DNA from: Acanthaster planci
Taxonomy: Eukaryota
DNA: 64,000 bases
Reading direction: 5' to 3'
Assembly: GCF_001949145.1 (NCBI RefSeq)
Contig: NW_019091357.1
Location: forward strand, 438,671 to 502,670
Shown here: positions 1-12,600 of the stretch, in pieces
How positions within the stretch are numbered: the stretch's first letter is position 1
How the letters are laid out: each line of letters starts with the position of its first letter
Position numbers and translations under genes: made by a program
Notes under the pieces: model-generated
Seen by the model: the letters and a program-made list of their open reading frames with translations, nothing else
Database searches by the model: none
What the model was told of the DNA's origin: nothing

Positions 1-430
1 GCTATTGACAATCGAGATAGCTCTATTGATACTAGAAATATGTCTGTTGACAATAGAGATATCTCTATCCCTAATAGAGATATCTCTATTGTACGTCCTG
101 TTTTAATAAAGATATCTCAATTATATTTCCGGTTACGCACACTGAGTCAACAGAAAGGTCATTGTAACGTAAGACACAAAGTTTCACTGAACCAGAGGGT
201 TGTGTGAAGTTTTTTATGTAAACAACCTCGGGAGTTCAAGTACAGGGACGCGGATTCAAAACCCCTCAAGATAATAGATTTTTAAATACAAAACGGAGAG
301 GGCGACCTGCTGACCTTGGAAGCGGTAACTTAATAGAGATTTCTCAATTCCGTGAATAAATGTTAGCTTGGCACGTCCATGAAGAGAGATATCTCTATTC
401 CGGGATAAAATGTGAACTTTGCACGCCATG
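1..430. repeat. Degenerate ~21-22 bp tandem repeat built on the palindrome AGAGATATCTCT; probably the end of a non-autonomous DNA transposon
   Basis: About 4-5 units at 1-121 (gagatagctct, agagatatctct twice, aagatatctc). The motif recurs at ~335 and ~385, each time followed by a similar tail (gaataaatgttagcttggcacgtccatg / ggataaaatgtgaactttgcacgccatg). Confidence 0.6.
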
Positions 431-1065
431 TTACTGCTCTGAATTATTTATTTTCCAGCAGTCAGAAGTCCTATGTGTAATTGAATTTCCATTGAATTAG
501 CTCTTTCACGAAATTTCACGTAATATCTTTCATCAACCCATAACTTGATTTATCCTTGCGCTGGCTATGTAATATGTGAATTCATTTGTGTTTCCAGTTA
601 AAATACAATGAGACTGTTTTCAAGATTCAATTTAATATGTTGTTAACATCTGTAAAAGAACGGTACGAACAAAACCTGTAAAACTCGTAGTGTGTACAGA
701 AAGGTTACCACCCTGTGATGCGCACAGCTCTGACCCTCAAAATTAAGTGAAAGGCTAAAGCTACATTTTGCCATAGTCATGCTGCCAAACTGCCTAGTAA
801 TATCACATTTGAAGGTTTGAATGCAAGAGTTTTTTGCAAACATATTACATCTAGTTGATTCCCCGCAAAGAAGGCCGTATCAAAAATACTCGCCTTCGGC
901 TCAAAATTCTGCATGAGTCTATTGTTGTGGCTGCAACCTCTTCGCGTAGAGTCATGCGTAATTTCAAGCCACAGCTAAGTAATTCGGACTCAGCCCAAGA
1001 TAGGGGTATTGGAAATGGTACCCGATGGAGTGACCAGAGTTTTCCCCGATAATGAAGTTGAGATG

Positions 1066-1244
1066 AATAGGGGCGATTCACAATAGTGCGCCTCCAAGAG
1101 TTTGAAACGCGTTGGCCAATCAGGACATGCCAAATCTGTCGACCCAATGCGTCTTTGGAGAGGGTCGACAGATTTCGAGTGTTGTGATTGGCCAACGCGT
1201 TTCAAACTCTTGATCTTGATTCACTATTGTGAATCGCCCGTATT
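1066..1244. mobile_element. Fold-back MITE-like element, family 1, full length
   Basis: The arms are reverse complements over most of the length: gggcgattcacaatagtg / cactattgtgaatcgccc, caagagtttgaaacgcgttggccaatca / tgattggccaacgcgtttcaaactcttg, aaatctgtcgaccc / gggtcgacagattt. A second copy lies at 16806. Confidence 0.85.
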
Positions 1245-3604
1245 AAGGAGTGGATGGGTTGAAGCAAGATTCATGATAATTAAGGAGCAAGAGATAGAAG
1301 AAAATAAAGGCGACACAGCATCTGACCACTCTAACACCAAATTGAAGACGCCAGTGAGTTTCGAAGTACATGTAGTTGGTGAGTCATAAACGGAATGAAA
1401 TCAAGTTCACCTTGTAGTCTTATTCTTTTCTCATTTTCATTAATATTTTGTAATTGAGGTATATTTGGAATGAACTTTATTTTGATTTCTCTTATTAAAT
1501 TACAGTACCCATGATCACAGCCCTCTCCATTAAAAGTGAAATGATTTCTCTATTCGTTCAAGGAAAACCAAAAATAAAGTCGACGTGTCTTGTGCTCGTT
1601 ATAGCTAACACAAAGCTCTGTCGACTTGGGAAGGAATACATCAGGTCCTTTCAACGGGTGCATAACATGCAAGTTTAGAAAGTCTGTAGTTTGATTTCAC
1701 GTGACGCCGACGTTTGAAATTACACCCCCAAATATTTAACAAATAAAACCAAACACTTGAGTCATTAAGACCGAATTTCAACTTTATCATTCTACAGAAA
1801 TGATTATATTTACAGTATTATGAAACATACAAAAAAGCGTTGAACACTTGTAAACTCGCATCCTCAAATGACCGTCGTGAACATTTGTGTAGGAAATTTG
1901 CAGGCCAGTTGTTTAAACAGTTTGGCAATTGGCTACGAGCAACTTGAGCTTCAAGACGTGAACTAAGAAATAGCCATTAAAATTAACTGTAGGACTGAAT
2001 GTTATCGAGTGCTTTGCCTCACATTGTTCGACTGTTGAACGATGACATGTAATGGCCTGAAATAAGAATTGTGTATTAACTGCAGTGGATCAGCAGCAAC
2101 GTTCGAATGCCTCATTTCATTTTTCATTGATCATATTGCAATTCAAATTGGTGTAGTTTACATGTATTAATTCTTGTGGCACATTTTATTGGTGATATTG
2201 TTTTCGCTCTGTTTCTGTTCATGCTCTAGTTATAATTACTTTCATTCATTTTTTATAATGTATATTGGATCATAATTTTAGTATTTAATTTACAAGATAA
2301 ATATGTTGAAACACTTTATATAGACATAATTTTTGGTTATTCAAGTTTCTTGCACAGGTACCCTTTTCGTCACTCATAATTATTAATCATATTGCAGTAT
2401 CCATAAGACGTTGAGCATAATCTTAAAGATTGTTTTTAAATCCAAAATTTCAATTTTTAATGAAATAATGCTTTACTGTTTTAACGGAAATCATGCTTTA
2501 ACGAAATTATAGGCTTAATTTTTTCAATCTCACATTATGACTGATAATTAAGCTGCAATTCGGCTTTTTAGCTGTGAACGCTTAATAAATAAACCATGAA
2601 TAAATGAATGATCATTTCAAATTCTAGTTTCGCGACATTTGGACCTCGCATAATAATGTTTCAAAATTAATATCTAAATGATGTCATGATGACGTCACAC
2701 AAATATCTCGAACGATTTTATAAATTCTCTTATTTTTTGAAGGAAGCTACGGATTAAAAGATTTAAAAACAAGTAGGGACGAGCGAATTATAGCATTGCC
2801 TCTTGTTTTACACAACACACATCCATGTCAGTAAGCAAACTAAATAACTTGTTGAATTGATATTTTATTGAAAATGAAACCTCACGATCCCAAATCTTAT
2901 ATTTTAAATTCATTGTTTTCAAACATCGAGTGGGCTTAGGTTAAACTTACGTGACACAAGATGACGTTACCATGTCCCTGTGTAGGTCTACTTGCAAGAG
3001 GAAAAGTAATCTTTTGTATAGACCACAGCAACGATGCATTGCGTCAAAGATCAAACGGGAAAAAATGAATAGATGAGTGAAAACAAATTCTTCATGAAGT
3101 CTTCCAATTTGCCTGTTTTCGTTCGTTACGGATGATTAGCTTGAGAGCCCTTTTAACGCGCAGTGAAAGCATTTTACTTACGAAATTCTGCTTCAAGGAC
3201 AGTGCTAACTGGTTTGGAGGCAAGCTTCTGTTAGTCACTAAATATGATTTTACACACTTCGTCGAGTCCGTGGCAAGATTTTTCTTGCTGGTGTTGAAAT
3301 TGCAAAGCAGAAAATATTATGACGGCAGTATCACGTGCTCATAATTATCCCTAAGCGGTAAGACCGGTTCGAAAGCTTTAAAAGAAACGACTCTGCTCGG
3401 CCATCGCGTCAGATACACGAATCTATGATCAGAGATGGTTTGGGAGTTATCAAACCATTCCTATAGGTCTACTGTTTCAAATATCGGCTTAGGAAACCGG
3501 GAGAGTGCTGTTGAAATATTTGCTTAAACCATAAATGCTGAGCAGCGCTTTCTCCCTGTCAGTAAATATTTAAGCCATTTACTGATTCGAAAATTGGCAG
3601 GGCC

Positions 3605-6600
3605 ATGTCGCGAGTCCGCATTCCAACGGCGTTCTGCTTGTTACTGACGATAGCATTCTTTTTTGATGAACTACTTGAGTTCCGCGGAGTCGCTCTCGCC
3701 GTTCAGCGCGATGTTGCGGGATCACGGCCCGTGTACATCGGGGGCTTCTTCCCCATCGGAACTCATCCGTTCTTTGCGTCACTCCCCTCCACTGTCCAAA
3801 CGGCAATTGACCACGTCAACAATTTGACGGGAATTCTTGATGGCTATGAGTTGCGGATGAGATGGAACTGGACGCAGGTAAGGGTATACACGATTTTAAA
3901 TGTTGCAATGGTGATGAAGCTTCGCAAATAGTCGCTATGTTGAAAGAGATTCTCTTTAGCCCGCTGAAATGGAAGAAAATAAAGAGGGGAGGCCGTTCAA
4001 TATATTAAATTTGCGATTTTTTCCAAGGAAAAATTGGGCTCAAAATGTAGTCTTACTTTAAATCACGCCTATGAAGCAACAGAAGGTCCAATGTTTAGAT
4101 TAACAGGCCTGAGGTAAAATCGTAACACACAGTTTATTCTTCATGTAGAAGCTTCATAATTGATTCTACCTAATGACTGAAACATGACCAAAGACTTAGA
4201 GAGATAGCTAAACAACAGCTCCTCAAAATCATTTGAAGCGATGCCTTGTCTATTTGATAATGCAAGAGCGGGGTTTTTTTTAAGGCCTTTTACCTTCTCA
4301 TTTTCGAGACGGATTCTACGCCTCGGGATCTCGAGCATTATGTGAGGTTTCAATTACCCGACAACGCATTTAATCTTTTATGGTCATGTCGTTGCTATGG
4401 TCATCTTGTGGTTCGAACTCTACAGCATGTCGGTCGGAGCATTGAGCAAAGTTCATGGGGAAAGTTGTCTCTTCGGTCTCGACCTAACCGCCTTGGAAGA
4501 AAAGTGATTTCACACGAATGTTACGTCTGGTTTTTATAAAAGTGGTTTTAAAATTATCTCAAAACATTAAAGGTAAAACTCTTAGGTGCTCGGTACGATG
4601 AAAAGCCGCTGACATTTCAAGAAACATTCAGCTAGGTGAATTCCACCCCAACACACTTTTAAGGTTAAAGTCTTCCATTCTTTGAGGCTTGTGGGAAGAA
4701 CTGACGTCAGAGTTTTCAGGACTGCTTGGATAAAATAAATTGTATTCCTATATCTCTTGATATTGTAACACATCATGAAGAATATCCATTCAACGTAATG
4801 AGTCCTTCATAAAAACTCTTAATGAAAAATTATAACCGCTGAAATAGAAGTGACCAGCATGCTATTCATACGTTAAATTCGAATTGGGTTTATTTCCCGT
4901 TTGTTATTGCATGGAACTCGCTTTCGCTGCTTCGCTGAGGGAGGTAGATCGGCAATCAACCGTACACGTTTGTCCATTACACCGTGCTTCATAATAATCG
5001 TGAATGTTTTCTATTCTCTGTAGAGGGGATTTTTTTCCTTCTTTGAATGTTTGTACGCTGTGGATGCTTATTAACCCCCAAGGGTATTTTGTGAACATTC
5101 TTGATATCTGAACTTTTTTTTCCAAATATCCCTATATCGACGAACGTATACAACGCTTTACAAATGTAAAGGTAGGTCTATCCGAGGTATCTTCTGCTTT
5201 CAAAGGGCACTCTAAACAAGGAGTTTTCAATATACTTCACTCATGCTTTCATGACAAAATTCCAATATTAGGCTATTATTGATGAATGATTATATTTAAT
5301 TCAGCTGGTATCGATATGCACGCGGCAAACCAGTCATGTTGCGTTTTCTAACAGTTGATCACAGATTAATTCCACTCAGATTGATTTGATGTACGCATTT
5401 AGTTGATGTTCCCATCTGTAAAGCTTGATAAACCTTGACTTAAGAATAATCTACGCTCATCATGTCATATCGGTTGTCCATACCAATGTAAAACCCACAG
5501 TATGTTTCCTGATATTTCTTATTATGGTGTATTATTTAAAATAAATTCAAGATCGCGACCTAAAGGGCTGAATTGTAGATGATCTTACAAATAACAAGTT
5601 GATAACAAGAAATACATTTAGTGATAGGAACTTGTTCAAACCATGAAGACATACAATTAAAAAGGAAAAAATACTAAACATGGATAAACCTAATTAGAAT
5701 GGAAAGCAGATGCCCGAGCTATTAAATCAATTTAAGTTTGGTAATTTTTCAGCCATTTTTTTTACAATCTCGACAAAGCCAATCATCTTTAGCTGAAAGG
5801 AAAAAGAAAATCCAAGTGCATCTTGTACTTTGTACCGTTGTCATCCAGAAGACAAATTAGTAAGCTCTCTTCTGTTCCTAGAGAGATCACTGTCTTGATT
5901 AAAGAAGAGCTTGGGTCAGCTACCCGAGCAGACAATACTCCGTTAATCGAATTACACCCCGATATCTTCTTTTCAAGTCGCTGCTGGGCCACCCAAGAAC
6001 AATTCTCTTCGGAAAGAAATTAGCCTCATGCTATAAAAATACAACATCTAAAAGAATTAGGTATCAAATCTTCCACAGAAATTACTTATATTCCATTTTT
6101 AATCTTCGTTTGACGAGAGTGTACCTTAATAATTATTTCCCAAGAAATTTTCTTACCCTTATTAAATAAGTTCGAGCAATTTCATTTTTGTACACCCAGC
6201 GGAAGGTTATCTAATGGTGTAACACTAAGTGAACTGCATTATGCGTGTTGTAAGCTTTGATTATTCGGAAAAGAAAAGAAATTTTTATGAAAATTACATG
6301 AGCAGATATTTAATAAGTAGGAGCGTGTGCATGATGCGATTATCGACCACCAAATAAACCTAAACCTATTGTTAACAGTATGTCTTTCAGTTTTCTTGCT
6401 TTAATTCGAGTCTTTGAACGTACAGGAATTCAAAATTGTTGCTTCATTAATTTTTTTCACTAAAGTTTCCTCCATGAGTTAATAAAGACAGAGTACTTTT
6501 ACAGAAAATGTACCAACAGGGAAATATTTCACACACTCATTCCAATTGTTTTAACCATTACGTAAGCAGCCGGTATGAAAAACGCATATCGGTCATCGTA

Positions 6601-9600
6601 TTTTTCGAATAACTTTTAGATTTACGTTGAATAAAAATCTTGTAATCCTCAAGCTACTAATATGCTTTAAGACTGCAAAGTCCCTTTCACCTACATTTAA
6701 CCGTTGTAGAGTACGGACTTTTGCAAGACCAGTATTCCCAGGGGTGCCATATGGCCTCCCCTGCAGTAAGTGGATCTCGTTGTTGACAGACGTGATATGT
6801 GCCGACAGGTTACGGCTGTTTGGGTTGTGACTGGTATTACTGTACTTTCACAGCACCAAACGAATTTTAGACAGAGAGGGGAGCTCATGGGTGTATTAGC
6901 AACCATAAAACAGTCGTACAGGTTCATTGGGGCACTGAGCTGCAGACATGACCGGGAAATGACCTGCTGGATATAGTTTTTATCCACGTGGATACTCGCT
7001 TGAATTGTATGGGCGTGGCTGCTCCCATATTGTCAATTTGGAGCACATGTGGATGGGATATTAAAGCTTTAAATATAATAAATCCGCTTTGTATTATGAT
7101 TTCCAGGGTAGTCCTGCAAATGCTCTCTGGATCTTAAATGATTTCATCCAGAGGGGGCCTCCTGTTACCATGGTGTGGGGGCCACTGTTCTCCACTGTTG
7201 CCGTGGTAATGAACGAAGTACTGCCGCGCTATGATATCGTTCAGGTATGTAATCAGCCCGACAAAACATTATCTGCGTTACAGAGATTTGAGGATGCCTT
7301 GGTGAAAAGAAAAGTCTATGCTTCATCAAATCAACCCACATGTAACCATATAAAACGGTTTCTGTACATTTAACCATAGTTGTGAAAAACTGCGCCCCGA
7401 GCGGAAGTGCACCCCCATTCGGCGAAAAGAATGTCGGGGGTTACAAGCGGGTTCTTTGCACGCGTTCTGCGTGTACGCCAAGACCATACGTGCCGGAATA
7501 AATTAGTTACGCATACTCAGCATGCTCCGCGTCAAACGCGCATATACCTGCGCGCCTCAGGACGCGCCTATGCCTTGAATATAAAAAACCACGCCCTCTT
7601 TTGTTCCGTTGGGAGCGGATACTGCTGCAATTCCCCTTTAATATTCCCTATTCTGATACCCACCCCAGGTAATTACTGCTTCATCTTCAACTCTCAAAGA
7701 TCGGTCACGCTACCCCTTGACGGTCCAACTAGCTAATGATGAAGATCTGCTGAATCCAGCTAGAGTGGCATTTATTAAACACATAGGCTGGCGGAAAGTG
7801 GCACTCGTTTTCGAGGATAACGTCTACTTCAGACAGGTATCATGAGTGAAATGAAGGAAAATGAAAAAGTGTCCTCCTGAGGTTAAAAGTTTTGCCAGAG
7901 GGTCTAGTAGTTGAATAGCCAAGGGGCTTGTTTGTCCAGGTGGCAATGTTTGTTCAAGGGGTTAACAAGTAGAAGGGCTCATTCATCTGGTCATCATGTA
8001 TTCTAGGAAAGGAATGGTAGTATTTCTTCGTGAGGTAGGTCTATGCGTTTTGTGTTCTTAATTCAGTTTGAGAAGATAAAAATCGAACACGAGTACTTTC
8101 TACTCTGTTTTGCGTTGTGAGGAGTTCACAAAATCAGTTTCAAGTTAAATTAACTCGATCAAATGCTGTTAAGCTAATGGACAATCAATATTCAGTTGAT
8201 AACTTAAATACATTGATGCACAGAATACGGCAAACCTGACTATGATGCTTGAAGAGAGCAATATCACTGTACTGACGACAGAAGCAGTGAGAGACGCAGG
8301 CCATCCTGAAGAGCAGATACAGAGTTTAAAGGTAAAGAAAGCAGGGTACTAAACAAGCGGTTTCAAGTTGTAGGAATAGACCTATAACATAACATAATGA
8401 CGTAACGACTTTTGTTTACATGAGCGCTTTCCTATGGTAGGTAGATGGAAATAAATCCATCTAACCCCCATGGGAAAGCTTGCGCGTAAACAAATTTGAC
8501 GCCACTGTGTTTATGTGGTCCACTGAAACCTTTTTTAAATGTAATGCGATGATGGAAAGTCGTGTCGGGCATTAGTTAATGTTACTGAATGCATGTCGTT
8601 GTGGATGGACTTTAGACTGCAGAGCTAGGCCTATTAAATCAATAATCTAATTCACCTCTGAGGACCCAGGAATTGCTCTTCAATGTTTCACGCATGTTAA
8701 AATTTGCAACCAAATGCGAATGGCAGTGGCTCTATAGGTTCAGCCAGCAATGTACGTAATGTTGCAATCCTGGCATAATGGCAAAACCGATGAGGTTTGA
8801 GTTTTGTTTTGGGTGAAAAATCTAAAGTAACACGGTTTTTTTGCATGTTTTTTACAGAGACACGATGCCAGAATTATCATTGCGAGTTTTTATCCTGAAC
8901 CAGCTGCCAAGTTCTTTTGTAAGGTAAACGTAAGATAATGAATTGAAATCACTCTCAAAAGGAAACAAAAAACAATGCTTAAAATTTGCACGCGCACGCA
9001 ATAACCTCAACCAAGTTGTCTGCACTCTGCTTTCATTGGTATACTTGATGCTTTTGCTGTCTGATCTGAGGTTGTCGAAAAGCCCTCCCTCAACTAGCTA
9101 CCTTGAATGTACAGTAATGACATCACTGGGTACTATAAATATTCATGTCTTGCAAAAACAACAGAAAAATCAAGAGCAGCCACATTCTGTGGATGAAACC
9201 AAAACCTTAACATTCAATACATATGTATTGAAATATTTCTCACGTTAAAAGCTCAAAATTGGTCGGACCGGTTAATCAAGTATTCAAGCCCAGTCATCTA
9301 CCTAGTCAGATAACCACTTCGGTACGCTGTTTTCTCTGCAAGCCAGCCATTCACAACAAACCTGTCACTTCGGCAAATCTAATGAGCGCCACTGTTCTTA
9401 AAATGTAATCTAAATTTAATTAAATAAGTTCAGTATTTTGTCTTTTTTCTTCTGTAGATCCACGAAGCCCATCTTTTTGACGCCAAATACGTGTGGATAT
9501 TGCCAGGTTGGTACCCTGCCGGATGGTGGCAAGATGTACCTGGAGTATCATGCTCAAATGATGAAATGGCCAGCGTACTGGATTTGCACCTGGGATTTTC

Positions 9601-12600
9601 TGCGAGTGATACCGTGAGTGACGTGTCATTGATCGATTTCAACGGCGTGGTGAGTCCCAAACATTTTGAGCTGTAACATAGGCATAAACTCACACCGATT
9701 TCCTACCAAATCTTTTTAGACTCAAACAATCTGTGCATTTTATTGAAGACCGTGGACAACAATTGGTAATAAAAACTAAGATTTTTTTCAAGGCAAAACT
9801 TCTCATATTGGTAAGGGCACTGCATTCTCCAATCTATTTGCCACCAAATGCAGTAATGGTCCGATCAAGTCAGCACTGTGCTGGCCAAATTTACACCATG
9901 CCGGCCAAATCGACACCGTGCCCGTCAAACTTTTGCCACATCAGCAAAATAGACATTCCTACTGCCAAAACAGCACTTTGCCAACTAAATCGAAACCCTG
10001 CCGGTCCAACCAACACTTTGCCAGTCAAATCAGTTCTACGACCAAACAGCACTCTATCGGTGATAGCCTCAGATATACACTTACTAGCCATTCAAGCACT
10101 AAGCGAACGAAGCTGTCATGCCGGCCAACTCGTTATTGTTTCATTTAAATTGTCTTTAAATCAGTCACGTCGGTAAACCTAGATACAAACTTAGTAAAAA
10201 GTGCATATTTTAAATGTCACAAGTGTTGGCTCTATTTGTTTACGATTACCAGAAGCCCTACTCTGAGCAACTGGACTTCCTGCAGCGCCTTCACGCGATG
10301 GAAGACAATGGACGAGACACCTATTCCTACGACTGCTTGTTCGCCATCGCATTGGCACTAAACGCCTCTATAGCTGATCTTGAGCAACTAACACCGCCAA
10401 AAGGACTGGACGAGTTTAGTTATGGAGACACTGACATGGCGGCAATCCTACTGAGGAAGACACTAAAGACAAACTTCATTGGGCTTACCGTAAGATCATG
10501 ACTTTACAAATCAGTGGTTGGAACGTCAGAAATCAATATCATCTTTGGGTTATTGTTACAGAGGGAATGCGTAACATACTCCTTCAAGTTAACATCCATA
10601 GTCGGTAGCAATGAGAAATCTGTAACTGCTTATTGGTAACAGCTGAAAGGAGCCATAATTATGCTAGTTTTTATTTATTCGTTCAATTAAATCTGATTGT
10701 TTAGCCCCTAAGTAAACTGTTTCATTTGATCTGCTCACTCCAGGGTCATGTAGTGATCAGTAAGGAGGGATATCGTAACAGCACTGTCCAAGTGGACCAA
10801 TTTCAAGGTTTGCAGTCTTCGTCTTCCATGAAAAGTAATACATGACTCGATATACACCCATCCTCCCCATAAATTATAAACTAAGATTAGAATTTACTTG
10901 TTCAAATATATGTCCTCTTTCCCTGATAACAATGCAGCAGAAGGTTTGTCGATTCGCTACGAGACTGATAAGAATGCATCTCTGCATGGATACGAAATGT
11001 TTCCAAGCAACGAGGAGATGAGAACCAGAGCACTTAGACAATCTAGCTGTCTTCCCATGAAATCACCAGTGAATTTACACCCTACTTTCATTTTGTCCCT
11101 ACTCCATTTATTCAGATGGCACTCTCGTTTGGGTGGGCACACACTCAAGTGACGGCGAATACGTAGAGATTACTAACAGATCCCTTCAGTGGAAAGGTTT
11201 GTTGAATCAAGCTTCGTTTAGAAAACCTGGCCAATATTCAAGTGGTTGACTTTGCTTTCAGATCATACACGATTCAGGTTCATACACAGGCAGAAGGAAC
11301 ACTTATGTTTGCAGAACATTATGAACCATGTGGTTAATTTATCCTTTGATATCCATGAAAGTAAAGGGATGCTGGGAGAGAGGAAATGGACAGATTTTTT
11401 TTCTTTTTGGACAGGATCATTCATACCAGTTGATGGCAAAACCGAGTTACCACAGGCTGTCCACCTGTCCTCATCGTACGAGATCGTCATCTTCTCCGTG
11501 ACATCCCTTGGAGCTTTGCTTTCTCTGGTCTTCCTAGCGTTAAATATTGCCTTGCGTAACCAGCGGTATGTAGTAATAATAATAACATCTAGCTAACCAT
11601 TCCGAGACGCTGAATTATCATTATCCCTGAACATTGGGCTCACACATCATCTGAACATTCCTAAAACCATCTCAGCTTCCTGGGGAGTACACGATTATTA
11701 CTTTCTTCTAACCCTTTAATCTTAGCTTGACATAAAATCCGGAGGTATTATTTCGTCTCTTTGTTCCACTTAACATTTGAAATCTTCATTCGGGGTTATC
11801 TCTCTTGTTAGATTCGCTTTCTTCGACCTGATGGTGTTACGCAATAGATGATAACTTCTACCCTTACGACCTACGACCCGATAGAAATCTGACTCGTGCA
11901 AAACAGTTTTGTAACTGATCGACCATTATTTGACAATAATTAATGACATAAATGTAGTGTGTTCATGGTTTAAATCCCAAATTTTACTCGCATATTTCTG
12001 AACAGTACTTTTCTTCTCTTTCTACAAAGCGCCATCAAAATTTCCAGTCCTTCGATCAACAGTCTAATTGCCTTGGGATGTCTTCTTCTTTACTCATCCG
12101 TCTTCGTTTCTGGGCTGAACAGAGCCGACTTTTCAGATACAGCGTTTACCATCCTTTGCTTCGTAAGTTGAAAATATCATTCTCTCACAACGAACTCTTT
12201 AAAACATGCGCATTGTTTGGCACCTATGACCCAGACGGTAATGGTTTCTACATCTAGGTCGACGTGTGGCTGATTTGCGTGGGAATTTCTTTCTCATTTG
12301 GATCGCTGCTGGTCAAAACTTACCGCATCTTTGCCATCTTCGAGAGGGCAGTGGCACGGTTCAAGAAAATCGTAAGTCATGACAGAGCGGTAAAATAGAA
12401 AGGTTACGATATCGCAGTGAAAGCGGACATTTCGGTTCACGGTGCGACAAAAGCTTGCTTTTATGTGAGGTTGGAAAAATCTCTGTTTAACTAAGTACAG
12501 AGTGAAGAAAGAGCATGAAACTTCCATCGTTAATCAAAAATGAAACTGGTAGAATAAATGTAGGTTGACAAGTGAATTTGTCCATTTGGTTTTTACGATC

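Noticed and set aside
851..1389. Mirror-image ORFs (MKRVGQS...) on opposite strands
   Set aside because: An artefact of the palindromic element at 1066-1244; not coding.
9733..10176. 147-aa ORF in receptor intron 6
   Set aside because: It runs through the ~21-bp minisatellite, has no domain motif, and is not needed for the gene's frame.
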